A stretch of DNA of 64,000 bases from the NCBI GenBank assembly GCA_022729235.1, contig JALDAJ010000001.1:450442-514441 (forward strand), written 5' to 3'. The notes beneath the pieces are model-generated. The model was given only the letters and a program-made list of their open reading frames with translations, made no database searches and was not told the origin of the DNA. Of the stretch, positions 28,064-37,924 are shown in pieces (within the stretch, counting starts at the first letter, position 1; the number at the start of each line of letters is the position of its first letter). The stretch is from Candidatus Nanohalarchaeota archaeon (lineage in GTDB: Archaea > Nanohalarchaeota > Nanosalinia > Nanosalinales > Nanosalinaceae). A program made the position numbers and the translations under genes.

Positions 28064-30875
28064 ATGCTTTGGCAAAGTTCTGGTCGCCCTGTACTTCTTC
28101 GTACTCCTTCTCCAGGTTGTCGTCAGCGTTGTAATCCTCGTGGTACGAGGCTGATACTGCGCCTTTGTCACCTTCCAGGGTGATCGATGCCTGGTTGTCC
28201 TTCGCCAGTTTTCTCGCGATCTGAATCAGGAGACCGACGTTTTCCGTTGGCACCTCTTCCTTGAGGACGCGGTCCGTTATCCTTTCCCTTAGGTAGCCTT
28301 CCAGCGAGGCTTCAAGTGATTCCAGCTTTTTCTCGTTCTCTCTCCATGCATCGTACAGGGACTGGCAGCGTTTCACGAGAGTCCCGGTTTCTGTAACAGC
28401 GAGTTCAACTTCTTCATCCATGTAGTCCGCTAGCCTCTCCGCCTGGTTCTTTATCTCCCGGTTCTCACTCTTGAACCGTTTCACGGTATCCACGAGCTGT
28501 CCTGGTTCGACGGAGAAGGTGTTGCATAACTCTCTCTGTACCTCTCTTGCTGTCCCGCCTAGTATTCCCTCGTTTTTCTCTGTATTCATCAGGTCTGCGA
28601 TTTCCTCTATCCTTTCCTCGATGTCCTCGAGGTATCGTTCCGCTGCGTCGCCAGCCTTGTACTCCAGTCTTATGACCCCATCCTGCACTTTGTTCGACCC
28701 GGTCATGACAAAGGTCTCTGCTTCACCTGTCCTTGAGAGGTGTGTTCCTCCACATGCTTCAGCGTCGACACCTTCTATCTCCACGATTCTAACCTCGTTG
28801 CCCGGTGGTGCGCCTCCCTGGTACAGTCTGAAGCCGTACTCCTGTTCCGCGTCCACCTTCTCAACTACTTTTTTCGTGATAGGTATGTCGCGCTCTATTA
28901 TCTCGTTTACGTGCTCCTCTATCCTGTCGAGCTGTTCGCGTGAAAGCTTCTCGTAGTGTGTCACATCCAGGCGACCTTTCTCCACGGTCTTGTGTGCGCC
29001 CGCCTGCCAGATGTGTTCACCGAGCTCGCTTTTTGTAACTCCGTTCACTAGGTGTGTGGCGGAGTGGTGCTGCATCAGCTGTTTTCTCCTTTCCCAGTCT
29101 ATCTTTCCTGCGACCTGGTCTCCTGTTTGTAAACCGTGCCCTGGGACGTGGTGTAGGACAACCTCTCCCTGTTTCTGTACTTCAACGACTTCTTCTCCAT
29201 CGATAAGTCCTTGATCCGGTTCCTGTCCCCCGCCTTCCGGGTAGAACACTGTCTGGTCGAGCACAACCCAGTCATCTCTTACCGCTACTACTTCCGCTTT
29301 CACTTCTCTCTTCTTCTCGTCATCGTAGTACAGTAGTTTTGTCCCGGGTACGTCTTCAAGGTCGAACTTCTTCTCTGCCTCCGCCACCATCTCGTTTTCC
29401 TCGGCTATCCTTGCGTAGAAGTCCTCGGGGACTGTAAATCCTCTTGATTCCATCATCTCAGGTGATACGCCGTGGGACTCGTAAAGCTCTATCATCTCCT
29501 CTATAGAAGGCTCTTCATCGAGAGAGGCGAGTTCCTCCCTTGCCCTCTCGCGGGCGTTCTGGTATTTTTTCTCCTCGATTTCCAGTATCTCTTTAACCGG
29601 GTTTATCTTCTCCTTCAGTTCGGGGAACATCGGCTCCAGTTCCTCTGCGTGCCACTCTACTACCTCTTTAATATTGATGTCCCATCCGTGGTGTTCGATG
29701 AAGTCTTTCGCACGCCTGTAGACCATCCTGAGGTTGTGTCCTCCGCCCGCGTTGCTAGGGATTTTTCCATCAGCTAACGCGAACAGTAATGCGCGGGAAT
29801 GCTCCGCGACCGAGTAGAGTGCGGCGGAAGGCTTTATCTCGTCCTTCAGTTCGTCGACATGTATACCCATCTGGTCAGCGACTTTTTCCCATTCTCGGTC
29901 GATATCCTCCACCTCGTCAACGTTCAGGAGAGAGGAGTAGGGCAGGAATTCTCGCCACACATCTTCGTTGACTTCTATCCCTGTCCTCTCCTTCATTTTT
30001 CCGAGAACGTCGGGCATCACGCATTCGTAACTGGTCTCTGTTCCGTGTGATATCCAGGTTATCCTTTCCTGTCCCATACCCATGTCCAGCACCTTCAGTT
30101 CCAGTTCTTTGTATCCTGTAGGCGTTACCTCGTAGGTCATGTAGACCTGGTTCCATAGCTCCAGTCCGTCCACGAAGAACTCCATCGACGCACCGAGGTT
30201 ACCTCCTCCGCCCCACGCGTCTTCGTGCAGTATCAGCTTTTTCTGGGGAATGCCGAGTTCTTCTACTGCGAACTCGAACATGTCGCGGAAGTACCTGTCC
30301 TGGTCATACTTCTCCGGTGGCTGGAAACAGGTCTGTCCGATGTGGTTATGCAAAACGTAGTGGCGCCCGGTTATACCGACGTTATCGACGTCGTTGAACC
30401 TGAGTGAGGGCTGTGGGATTATCAGTTCAGGTGCAGGTGGTTCTGCCTCGCCCGAAACAACGTAGGGCTGGAAGCAGTATATCGAGCCTTCCACGAACTC
30501 CGTGTCATCCCGCCATCTTGCGACTACAGGGTAGCGTCCTACCGGGGTGTATCCCCTGTCTGACATGAAGTCACGGTATTTCTCCCATGCCTCAACATAG
30601 CTGTACTCCTCGCTGGTAGGAGAGTCGCCGATGAACGTGTATCCGCCCGAGCACTCCGGTTCCCCGCAGACTTCGCGTTCATCTTTGTGGCTCCAGAAGT
30701 AGGTTCCACAGTTCTCACATTCACTGCGGTGGAACCCCTTCTCCCTTAGGACGTCTGTCGCGAAGAACTTGTCCGGGTTCTCCGACGCTTCTTCTCTTAT
30801 CTCTTGTTTTAATTCGTCGAGCGTGGGCATATCCATTGGATGTTCGAGAAATTTTTTATCAGGTGTGTCTACCAA
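28056..30875 (-). CDS. alaS: Alanyl-tRNA synthetase (archaeal type)
   Basis: 939 aa. The editing-domain motif HSATHLV...GGTH and overall length and architecture match archaeal AlaRS. Confidence 0.95.
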   Translation of the reverse strand: MVDTPDKKFLEHPMDMPTLDELKQEIREEASENPDKFFATDVLREKGFHRSECENCGTYFWSHKDEREVCGEPECSGGYTFIGDSPTSEEYSYVEAWEKYRDFMSDRGYTPVGRYPVVARWRDDTEFVEGSIYCFQPYVVSGEAEPPAPELIIPQPSLRFNDVDNVGITGRHYVLHNHIGQTCFQPPEKYDQDRYFRDMFEFAVEELGIPQKKLILHEDAWGGGGNLGASMEFFVDGLELWNQVYMTYEVTPTGYKELELKVLDMGMGQERITWISHGTETSYECVMPDVLGKMKERTGIEVNEDVWREFLPYSSLLNVDEVEDIDREWEKVADQMGIHVDELKDEIKPSAALYSVAEHSRALLFALADGKIPSNAGGGHNLRMVYRRAKDFIEHHGWDINIKEVVEWHAEELEPMFPELKEKINPVKEILEIEEKKYQNARERAREELASLDEEPSIEEMIELYESHGVSPEMMESRGFTVPEDFYARIAEENEMVAEAEKKFDLEDVPGTKLLYYDDEKKREVKAEVVAVRDDWVVLDQTVFYPEGGGQEPDQGLIDGEEVVEVQKQGEVVLHHVPGHGLQTGDQVAGKIDWERRKQLMQHHSATHLVNGVTKSELGEHIWQAGAHKTVEKGRLDVTHYEKLSREQLDRIEEHVNEIIERDIPITKKVVEKVDAEQEYGFRLYQGGAPPGNEVRIVEIEGVDAEACGGTHLSRTGEAETFVMTGSNKVQDGVIRLEYKAGDAAERYLEDIEERIEEIADLMNTEKNEGILGGTAREVQRELCNTFSVEPGQLVDTVKRFKSENREIKNQAERLADYMDEEVELAVTETGTLVKRCQSLYDAWRENEKKLESLEASLEGYLRERITDRVLKEEVPTENVGLLIQIARKLAKDNQASITLEGDKGAVSASYHEDYNADDNLEKEYEEVQGDQNFAKAFN

Positions 30876-31255
30876 ATGACGTTAGTATTTGCAAGGGACG
30901 TGATCTCTCTATCCTGTGATATTATGTCCGCTCCTGTTTGTTCTGCAGTGAGAACGATTATCTTGTCATGGATTGATAATTCGCGTTTATCGCGGGATAG
31001 TCCTCCTGTCAGACGGTGATCTAGGGATTTCATCCTGTAGTTGTTCGATACTTTGAGATCGTCCACAATCTTCTCCATCTCAATCCCGTATCCGTGGGAT
31101 TTGGCTACGTATATCGATTCAGCTACAACTATACTGGGTATTATAACCGTTTTCTCGCCGTCATCAACTGATTCAAGAATCTTTTCTGCATCATCTCCGA
31201 GACGTTCGTCTTCTGTAAGATGCCATAACCATGCGTGAGAGTCCGCAACGAACAT
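30869..31255 (-). CDS. vapC: PIN-domain ribonuclease VapC
   Basis: 128 aa with the acidic PIN residues (D near the N-terminus, E, D..D). Confidence 0.85.
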   Translation of the reverse strand: MFVADSHAWLWHLTEDERLGDDAEKILESVDDGEKTVIIPSIVVAESIYVAKSHGYGIEMEKIVDDLKVSNNYRMKSLDHRLTGGLSRDKRELSIHDKIIVLTAEQTGADIISQDREITSLANTNVIW

Positions 31256-31258
31256 TTT

Positions 31259-31426
31259 CTATGTCTCGCCAAACAGGGATTTTTCGGCATCCTCAAAATC
31301 TTCTTTATCGAACCGGGCGCCTTCGAGTCGACCTCCCATTCGCACGTCCGTGCCTCTGATTTCTGTGCCTAGGTGCCTGAGTTCTTCTTTTATGCTTTCA
31401 ATCCTACCGAGAACATCCGTTGACAT
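31259..31426 (-). CDS. vapB: Unannotated 55-aa VapB-like antitoxin
   Basis: Manual translation: MSTDVLGRIESIKEELRHLGTEIRGTDVRMGGRLEGARFDKEDFEDAEKSLFGET. Stop lies 3 nt upstream of the vapC ATG. TATA-like AATTTATTTG upstream. Confidence 0.45.
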   Translation of the reverse strand: MSTDVLGRIESIKEELRHLGTEIRGTDVRMGGRLEGARFDKEDFEDAEKSLFGET

Positions 31427-31499
31427 ACTTCCAATTAGAGAGCGACAAATAAATTGCTTATCCTCCTGTGGTATACCGAGTTTCCTCTCTACGGGTCTC

Positions 31500-32507
31500 T
31501 TATTCCTCTCCTGCTTCCTTCATCTTCTCTGTTGCGTCCTCTATCTTGTCCTTGATGTCCAGGCTGAGCTCACCTTCTTCCGGTTCCTCGAAATCCTGGT
31601 CCTGTAAAGGTGTTATACCGCCTACCTCGGATAGGACTGTTGTCAGGTCCTGCTCGGTGTCGACTATGTATTTCGAGCCGTTTCTGAGCGAGTCTACAAC
31701 GGTCTCCAGTTTCTTGTACTCCTGTGCCTCGCCTTTGAAGTGGTTTCTGATGGCGTTGTTGACCACTTTGATCTCGTTTGCCTCTGCCTCCGCACGTAAC
31801 TCGATAGCTGTTGCGTCTCCTTCTGCTTCAAGGATAGCTGCCTGTTTCTGTCCTTCTGCCTCCTCGATGGCAGCCTTTTTCTTTCCTCGCGCCTCTATCT
31901 CCACTGCTTTGGCATCGTCCTGGGCCGCGTCCTTCCTGTTCTCCGCCTTTAAAATCTCGTTCATCGACTCCTGTACGTCGCCGGGCGGTGTTATCTCCTT
32001 CATCTCCACTCTTACTACATCGATTCCCCACGCGTCTGTGTCATCCTCCAGCTCCTCGTGTAATGTTTGATTTATCTTCTGCCTCTCCGAGTTCACTTCC
32101 TCGAACTCCTTTGTACCTATAACGTTCCTTGCGGTGGTCTGCGCGAGTCTTGTTATCTGTTTCTCGTAGTCGTCGACGTTGTAGAACGACCTCTTCACGT
32201 CTTCCTCGTTCGCCCTTACCTGGTAGTACACATCCAGGTCGACGTTTGCGTTGAGGTTTTCTTTCGTAATCATGTCGCTGGGCTGTACGTTCTTCATCTG
32301 CTCCGTGATGTTGCGTTTGTACATCCTGTCCGCCCAAGGGATCAGGAAATGTATCCCGGGGTCGCAGTAGCGGTGGTAGTCTCCGAACCGTTCGATAACC
32401 GCTCTCTGGTCAGGTCGGACTATTTTGAATGTCGAGAACGTTATAGCGGTCAGTGCCAGTATGGATACGATTATAAGCCAGTTAGGGATTGCCGCGAGCA
32501 TACACAT
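31500..32507 (-). CDS. SPFH/band-7 (stomatin/prohibitin-like) membrane protein
   Basis: N-terminal TM helix then VRPDQRAVIERFGDYHR...PGIHFLIPW, a typical SPFH start. C-terminal coiled-coil, acidic tail. Confidence 0.9.
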   Translation of the reverse strand: MCMLAAIPNWLIIVSILALTAITFSTFKIVRPDQRAVIERFGDYHRYCDPGIHFLIPWADRMYKRNITEQMKNVQPSDMITKENLNANVDLDVYYQVRANEEDVKRSFYNVDDYEKQITRLAQTTARNVIGTKEFEEVNSERQKINQTLHEELEDDTDAWGIDVVRVEMKEITPPGDVQESMNEILKAENRKDAAQDDAKAVEIEARGKKKAAIEEAEGQKQAAILEAEGDATAIELRAEAEANEIKVVNNAIRNHFKGEAQEYKKLETVVDSLRNGSKYIVDTEQDLTTVLSEVGGITPLQDQDFEEPEEGELSLDIKDKIEDATEKMKEAGEE

Positions 32508-32592
32508 GTTATTGGCGCTGGAGTGATTTAATAGTCGGGACTGGAGGGATCAAAAAGTCTTGATAGAAAGAAAAATAAATGGGTAGAGAACT

Positions 32593-32907
32593 CTAGAACA
32601 GTTCTCCAAGTCCTTCTGCTGCTTCTTCTTCTGAGGCTGCGTCTTCGTCTTCTTCATCTTCCTCGTCTTCTTCCTCTTCTGCTTCTTCTTCAGCTGCGTC
32701 TGCTGCAGGTGCTGCGGCTGCACCGCCTGCTGCGACAGCTGTTTCCATTGCTTCTTCGATGTCAACGTCCTCGAGTGCAGCGACTAGTGCCTTGACTTCT
32801 GAACTGTCAACGTCAAGACCTGCTGCATCGACGATTGCTTCGAGGTTGTCCTCTGTTACTTCTTCTCCTGCCTCATGAAGTGTAAGTGCTGCGTAAACTA
32901 GTTCCAT
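32593..32907 (-). CDS. rpl12: 50S ribosomal stalk protein L12 (aL12/P1)
   Basis: [30 protein letters not shown]..., an Ala-rich hinge and an acidic C-terminus ending GLGELF. Confidence 0.9.
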   Translation of the reverse strand: MELVYAALTLHEAGEEVTEDNLEAIVDAAGLDVDSSEVKALVAALEDVDIEEAMETAVAAGGAAAAPAADAAEEEAEEEEDEEDEEDEDAASEEEAAEGLGELF

Positions 32908-32976
32908 CTTTGTTTCACCTTTGCCTCAGTCCTCGCAAGTGAGACTTAAAAAGGTGTACTACATAGCTGATTACAA

Positions 32977-33681
32977 ATGAAGTTAGAATGTTTACCCAGC
33001 AGTATACGCGTGAAGCTTGATGAAGAGGGAGAAAAAGAGCTATGGCAGAAGGTCGATGGTAGAGGAGGCGTCAAGAGGTTCTGCCGGGATACAGGTTTCA
33101 GTGCATCTGATGTCTACAACTGGAAGAATAAGGATGTGTTCTACCCGGTTGACTTCGTTGTTGAGTTGCTTGGTGAAGGCTCGGAAAGTTTTGTAACGGC
33201 TTTCAAGGGCGGTGGCAGAAGTCTCCCTGTCAGGAACCCTCGTTTCCCTTTAGATATCGGCGATGAGCTTTTGACAAGAATCGACTGCTCTGTAAGTGTT
33301 AACCGGGAAGGTGTCCCGGTTTATCGCTCCCAGGAGCTTTCGCTTATCGAACGTTTCAGGGAGCTTCTGTCCGGAATAGGTGACGTACCTGTCTCAGTTT
33401 ACAGCAGGAGCGGTTACGAGTTGCGTTATCCCAAGTACCTGCACAAGGTATTCCAGGCGATAGATTACGAGGTTGATTTTGCAGTGCTTGTTGATGAGAG
33501 AGGTGAGATAGAGAACGGCAAAGTAAGGGTGGGAGGTAGGGCTATTCCTGTGGAAGAGTTCCAGGGTGATCTTTACTCCCGTGAGAAACGTTTCCGGCTG
33601 GCGCTTGAGAGAGGTGATTCAGGTGAAGTTTCGAGGATCCTGGGCGAGGAACGTGGAAAGGTCCGGGACGCACTGCTTTAG
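32977..33681 (+). CDS. Hypothetical protein with putative N-terminal HTH
   Basis: 234 aa. VKRFCRDTGFSASDVYNWKNK resembles an HTH. Lies on the opposite strand inside the L10-L12 interval. Confidence 0.55.
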   Translation: MKLECLPSSIRVKLDEEGEKELWQKVDGRGGVKRFCRDTGFSASDVYNWKNKDVFYPVDFVVELLGEGSESFVTAFKGGGRSLPVRNPRFPLDIGDELLTRIDCSVSVNREGVPVYRSQELSLIERFRELLSGIGDVPVSVYSRSGYELRYPKYLHKVFQAIDYEVDFAVLVDERGEIENGKVRVGGRAIPVEEFQGDLYSREKRFRLALERGDSGEVSRILGEERGKVRDALL

Positions 33682-33962
33682 TTGCCAGAATCGTCTGGAG
33701 CAGGCATCGCCGCTTTGAGCACTTCCTGTCCTGATTCACCTGCTACTTCTCTGCAGTCTTCATCCATCGCACCCAACCTGTTTTCGTTGATGGTTCCATC
33801 TCCTTGTATAACCTGCTGTCTCTGGAACTCACACCTTTCCTCACCGTGCTGGTCCGTGGTTTCTCCAAAGTCCCCGAGTATCGTTGTTCCCATCGTTAAG
33901 ACTACTACTGCAGCTATCATAACTACGACCGCTGACATAATCACAGCTACTGTCTGGTTCAT
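33678..33962 (-). CDS. Small membrane-anchored protein
   Basis: 94 aa with an N-terminal TM helix (AVIMSAVVVMIAAVVVLTMG) and an acidic tail with 2 Cys. Its start overlaps the stop of the upstream secreted-protein gene (ATGA). Confidence 0.5.
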   Translation of the reverse strand: MNQTVAVIMSAVVVMIAAVVVLTMGTTILGDFGETTDQHGEERCEFQRQQVIQGDGTINENRLGAMDEDCREVAGESGQEVLKAAMPAPDDSGN

Positions 33963-35110
33963 TCTGTACCTACTCCTCCGCTTCCCCCACCGCCATTACT
34001 GTCTCCGTTACCAGAGGTGTCCTCATCTCCGGTGTCTTCATCCTCTGTTTCTTCCTCGTCTTCAGAGGGTTCCTCTCCGGTTTCTTCTTCGTCTTCTATC
34101 TCGGGTTCGTCCAGGAAGTCGTTCTGGGTGCAGTAACCAGTATTTTCGTGGTCGTAGTCATCCGCCCATTCGCAGTAGCTCTCGGTTGTTTCTTGCACCT
34201 CGCTGCATTCGTCTGCTTCAGGTCCGGAGGTGAGGCATCCGAAGAGTTCGTTTTGTGCGCAGTCAACCATTTCGTCTACATCGTTGCTGTAACCTTCTTC
34301 TAGGCACCAGTTTTGCCACTGGTAGCCGAGGTCTATTTCGGTACCTGTTTCCCCGTCATCTCCGTTATCGCCGTTTCCCGGGCTTTCTGCGCCAGAGTCT
34401 CTGAGTTTTTCTAGCTTCTCCCAGTCCACGTTCTGGCTGCCAATAGGGCCTTGTTCATCTGTGAGCCACTCAGGGCATTCGTAGGGGTCAGGGTTCCAGT
34501 AGCCGCTGTCCCAGGAGGGGGCAAGTATCATTCGTTCGTTGAATTCGCCGTATCCGGTGGGGTAGAAATCTGTGTGGTCGTAGCAGCCATCGCTGGGGTA
34601 GGGGCTGGGTGTGTCCTCGGTGATTATTACGTTACCCTGGTTGTCTTGCCCTGTATTTGCTGCCTCAAAGCCCTGTCCGGGATCGCTGATACCGTCTAAA
34701 TCGTCTTCAAGCCTATCTTTTTCTAGGTCCTGCATGTTGTTGTATCTTACTTTAACGTCATCGTTGTATCCTTCTTCCACTGCTTGCTGCCGGACCTGTT
34801 TGATGGCGTCTTCAACGCTTATCGGCTTTTCCACTTCGAGATCGTATAGGTAGTCGGGATCTACCGATGCGAGCGCCGCCCATTCTGCGGTATTCAGTTC
34901 TGCATCCTCTTCTATCAATTGTCCTGAGATATGTTCTACATCTTCTGGAGTGTCTTCTGCATCACCGGTAAAAAACTCTACTGCAGAATCGATGATTCCC
35001 TGTCCGGTGTTCACCGCTGTTGAAACCGCGCCCTGTCCGGGATAAGCTGTCCCTAGTGATACGAGTAGAACTATTGAAAGAGCTAGTACGGGAAGCTTTT
35101 CCGCGTCCAT
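33959..35110 (-). CDS. Secreted Cys-rich acidic protein
   Basis: 383 aa with a signal peptide (LPVLALSIVLLVSLGTAYPGQG), about 10 Cys in the C-terminal half, and a poly-acidic/Gly tail. Confidence 0.7.
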   Translation of the reverse strand: MDAEKLPVLALSIVLLVSLGTAYPGQGAVSTAVNTGQGIIDSAVEFFTGDAEDTPEDVEHISGQLIEEDAELNTAEWAALASVDPDYLYDLEVEKPISVEDAIKQVRQQAVEEGYNDDVKVRYNNMQDLEKDRLEDDLDGISDPGQGFEAANTGQDNQGNVIITEDTPSPYPSDGCYDHTDFYPTGYGEFNERMILAPSWDSGYWNPDPYECPEWLTDEQGPIGSQNVDWEKLEKLRDSGAESPGNGDNGDDGETGTEIDLGYQWQNWCLEEGYSNDVDEMVDCAQNELFGCLTSGPEADECSEVQETTESYCEWADDYDHENTGYCTQNDFLDEPEIEDEEETGEEPSEDEEETEDEDTGDEDTSGNGDSNGGGGSGGVGTE

Positions 35111-35152
35111 AAGTAATTGATAAGAAAAGAGTTATTGAAATAGGTTGAGGAG

Positions 35153-36172
35153 TTATTCCTCGTCCGCTTCTCCGTCATCACTGTCTTCTGCTTCATCTTC
35201 TGTTTCTTCACTGCTATCCTCTTCATCCTCTTCTTCCTCACTTGGTTCTTCTGCTTCATCTTCTGTCTCTTCACTGCTATCCTGTGAGTCCTCTTCTCCG
35301 ATTTCTACGTCTTCGAGGTCGAGTTCCGCGTCAACGCTTTCAGCTCTTCCAGCTGCGAGCGAGATGATTTCTTCGACTGTGTCTTCTGTTGCTACACCTT
35401 CGCTGATGGAAAGGTTGCGTGCCTTTGTAACTGCCTGTGAGATGACTGTTGGCGCAGTTCTTTCCGTGGTGTATCCTGCGTTGACTGCAAGGTTGAATGC
35501 TCTGGAGGCTGCGAATTCGACGTTGTCTGTGTACTCTTCTACGTCGATGTCGAGGTCTTCCGCCTCGAAGAGTTCTCCTTCGCTCAGGACTACGTCGAGA
35601 TCGAGTCCGATTTCCAGTGGTTCGATACCCATCTGGTTGAGGATTTCAGCGTCTTCGCCCGTGATGACTTCTCCCTGTTCGACGATGACTCCTGCCTGTT
35701 GTACGTGGATGGAGCCGTCATCGACCTGTACGTTGAGTCCTGCCTGCTGTAGCTTTCCAAGCATCGGTCCGGGACCGATTCCGGTGTCCCCTTCGGATAC
35801 TTCAATGTCGTTAGGTGCTACTTCTCCGCCCTGTGCCGCTGCGCTTGTCTTATTCTCCTGCAGCAGTCTGTAGAGCTGGAACGGGTCTTTCTCGGAGAAG
35901 ATGAATGCGGGTTGTATAGCATCGTTTTCTTCCAGTTGTTCCACGCCTTCCTTGCTCGCGTTGTCTATCGCGAGGTCCATGAGTGTTTTCCGGGACATCT
36001 TGATGTCCGCGAACTCTTTCATGTCCTTCTTCATCTCTTGAAGTTGACGGGAGGGTAGGTTGTGCATGTCAAGGATTCCTACTACAGGGTGTTCCTCGAT
36101 CTTCTGCCTGAACTCCTCTACTTTTTCCTCCTTCTGTTCGCGGGTCATCTGCTTCGGCTTTGGCTGAACCAT
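35153..36172 (-). CDS. rpl10: 50S ribosomal protein L10 (acidic protein P0)
   Basis: 339 aa with the P0 N-terminal domain and an acidic C-terminal tail. Confidence 0.9.
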   Translation of the reverse strand: MVQPKPKQMTREQKEEKVEEFRQKIEEHPVVGILDMHNLPSRQLQEMKKDMKEFADIKMSRKTLMDLAIDNASKEGVEQLEENDAIQPAFIFSEKDPFQLYRLLQENKTSAAAQGGEVAPNDIEVSEGDTGIGPGPMLGKLQQAGLNVQVDDGSIHVQQAGVIVEQGEVITGEDAEILNQMGIEPLEIGLDLDVVLSEGELFEAEDLDIDVEEYTDNVEFAASRAFNLAVNAGYTTERTAPTVISQAVTKARNLSISEGVATEDTVEEIISLAAGRAESVDAELDLEDVEIGEEDSQDSSEETEDEAEEPSEEEEDEEDSSEETEDEAEDSDDGEADEE

Positions 36173-36227
36173 TACTCGAAGTCACCTCGTGTCTTCTCAG
36201 TGACACAGAAAATCTTTGATTTTCGCA

Positions 36228-36854
36228 TCACTGGTTCACCTCCACGCAAGGACCCATGGTAGTCTTTACAAGCACAGATTTTACGTTGTTCGTGCCCTGT
36301 GGGAGTTCGCCCTCGACAAAGTCATAGACCGCGCTTGCATTCCTGGCGACGTTTTCCGCGTCCTGCTCCTCGTTACCGATTTTGAGGTGGATGACTGGGT
36401 CTTCCTTGAGCCTTACTGTTATCGTGTTCCTGAGTGACTCTATCTGGTCTGTAGGGTCGCTTCCAGGAGGCATCGGGTCAGGCATCATGTTCCGCGGACC
36501 GAAAACCTGTCCGAGGTGCTGACCGATGTCAGGCATCAGTGGTGCCTCCGCGATTATGAAGCTCATCTCTTCTGCGAGATCTTTTGCGAGATCTGGGTTT
36601 TCGAAGTACTCTTCCAGCTCGTCTCCTGTTATCTCTTTATCCGCGTTTTCAGCGTTGTTTACGAGAGTGTCTCCGATTACTGCTATCTTGACTTCTTCAT
36701 CGGCCTGGTAAGGTAGTTTTATGTCCTCGTTGAACCTGTTGCTAGCATCGCCCAGGTCAAGGTCCCTGAAGTTGATGACAAGGTCAACGCTCTCCGCGAA
36801 GTTCCTGTTCTCTGATTCTTCTACCGCTTTTTCAACTGCTTCCTGGAAATTCAC
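36228..36854 (-). CDS. rpl1: 50S ribosomal protein L1
   Basis: 208 aa. The L1 signature region is present, and gene order is L11-L1-L10. Confidence 0.95.
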   Translation of the reverse strand: MNFQEAVEKAVEESENRNFAESVDLVINFRDLDLGDASNRFNEDIKLPYQADEEVKIAVIGDTLVNNAENADKEITGDELEEYFENPDLAKDLAEEMSFIIAEAPLMPDIGQHLGQVFGPRNMMPDPMPPGSDPTDQIESLRNTITVRLKEDPVIHLKIGNEEQDAENVARNASAVYDFVEGELPQGTNNVKSVLVKTTMGPCVEVNQ

Positions 36855-36921
36855 TCGAAATCACCTTGTGATTCGAAGGTTCTGCGAACCTTCTGCGAGA
36901 AAATCTTTGATTTTCGGGTCA

Positions 36922-37419
36922 TTATTCTATCCCCTCCTCTTTTTCGAGTTGTCCCTCGTATTCTCCTTCGTCGATTTCTTGCTGGACATCGTATGCGTCT
37001 TTTCCGTCCACTGTGATTCCCATCGACTGTGCGCTACCGAGTATTTCTTTCACTGCGCCCCTGAGATCCATGGCGTTTAGGTCGCTGGATTTCATCCGGG
37101 CTACTTTGCAGGCGGTCTCGAACTCCATGTCTGCAACCTTGTTAACGTTTGGTTCTCCTGACCCGGACTCGATTCCCAGTTCATCCTTGATAAGTGCGGC
37201 AGCAGGAGGTTTTCCGACCTCTATCTCGAAGTCGCCTGTCTCCTCGTCTACTATAACCTCTACGGGTACTTCCATCCCATCGAAGTCTCCGGTTGCATCG
37301 TTAATCGCGTTTACAACTTCTCCTACGTCGATTCCTTCCATAGGCGCCAGACTTGGACCTAGTGGAGGTCCGGCGCTTGCGCTTCCACCTTCTACGAGTA
37401 AATCTATTGTTTCTGTCAC
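36922..37419 (-). CDS. rpl11: 50S ribosomal protein L11
   Basis: 165 aa. PPLGPSLAPMEGIDVGEVV matches the L11 N-domain. Confidence 0.95.
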   Translation of the reverse strand: MTETIDLLVEGGSASAGPPLGPSLAPMEGIDVGEVVNAINDATGDFDGMEVPVEVIVDEETGDFEIEVGKPPAAALIKDELGIESGSGEPNVNKVADMEFETACKVARMKSSDLNAMDLRGAVKEILGSAQSMGITVDGKDAYDVQQEIDEGEYEGQLEKEEGIE

Positions 37420-37491
37420 TCGAAAATCACCTGGTGATTTTCTGCAAATCCAGAATCTCTTTGAGTTCCGTACATAGTATTTTTTCCACCT

Positions 37492-37923
37492 TTAGCTTGA
37501 TTTCCTGCGGACCATGTCGATGTCGACTGTTGTCGGTATCGGTACTGCCGCGTCCAGTAGTTCTATTGTTACTTCCCGGTTTGTCTCGTCAACCCTGTTG
37601 ACTTTGGCTTCCTCTCCCTTGAATGCGCCACCGACCACTTCCACCTGGTCGCCGACTTCGATCTTGATTTCTTTCTCCTCGTCTTTCAGGTACTTCTCTA
37701 TCTCGTCCACATCCACTTCGTCGTTGATGATTCCTCTGAGATGTCTTATATCGTTGGAGAGCTGTTTGATGTCGCCTTCTTTACCCTCGATGAAGATGTA
37801 TCCTTTCAGTTCTTCTGGGTGAAAGACCGCTCTCACATCGAACTCTTCATTCTTTATCTTCGACTTCATCTCGTTTATCGCGGTCTTCTCGCGTCCTCTC
37901 GTGGTTCTTGCGGTGAGTATCAT
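37492..37923 (-). CDS. spt5: Transcription elongation factor Spt5 (NusG)
   Basis: 143 aa with an NGN domain and a KOW motif (GDQVEVVGGAFKGEEAKV). Lies between secE and rpl11, as in the conserved archaeal operon. Confidence 0.9.
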   Translation of the reverse strand: MILTARTTRGREKTAINEMKSKIKNEEFDVRAVFHPEELKGYIFIEGKEGDIKQLSNDIRHLRGIINDEVDVDEIEKYLKDEEKEIKIEVGDQVEVVGGAFKGEEAKVNRVDETNREVTIELLDAAVPIPTTVDIDMVRRKSS

Positions 37924-37924
37924 C

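Noticed and set aside
35083-35274. 63-aa K/R-rich ORF (minus) overlapping the L10 3' end and the secreted-protein start
   Set aside because: It is a reading-frame artefact of the acidic tail-encoding repeats (GAA/GAG-rich on the opposite frame).
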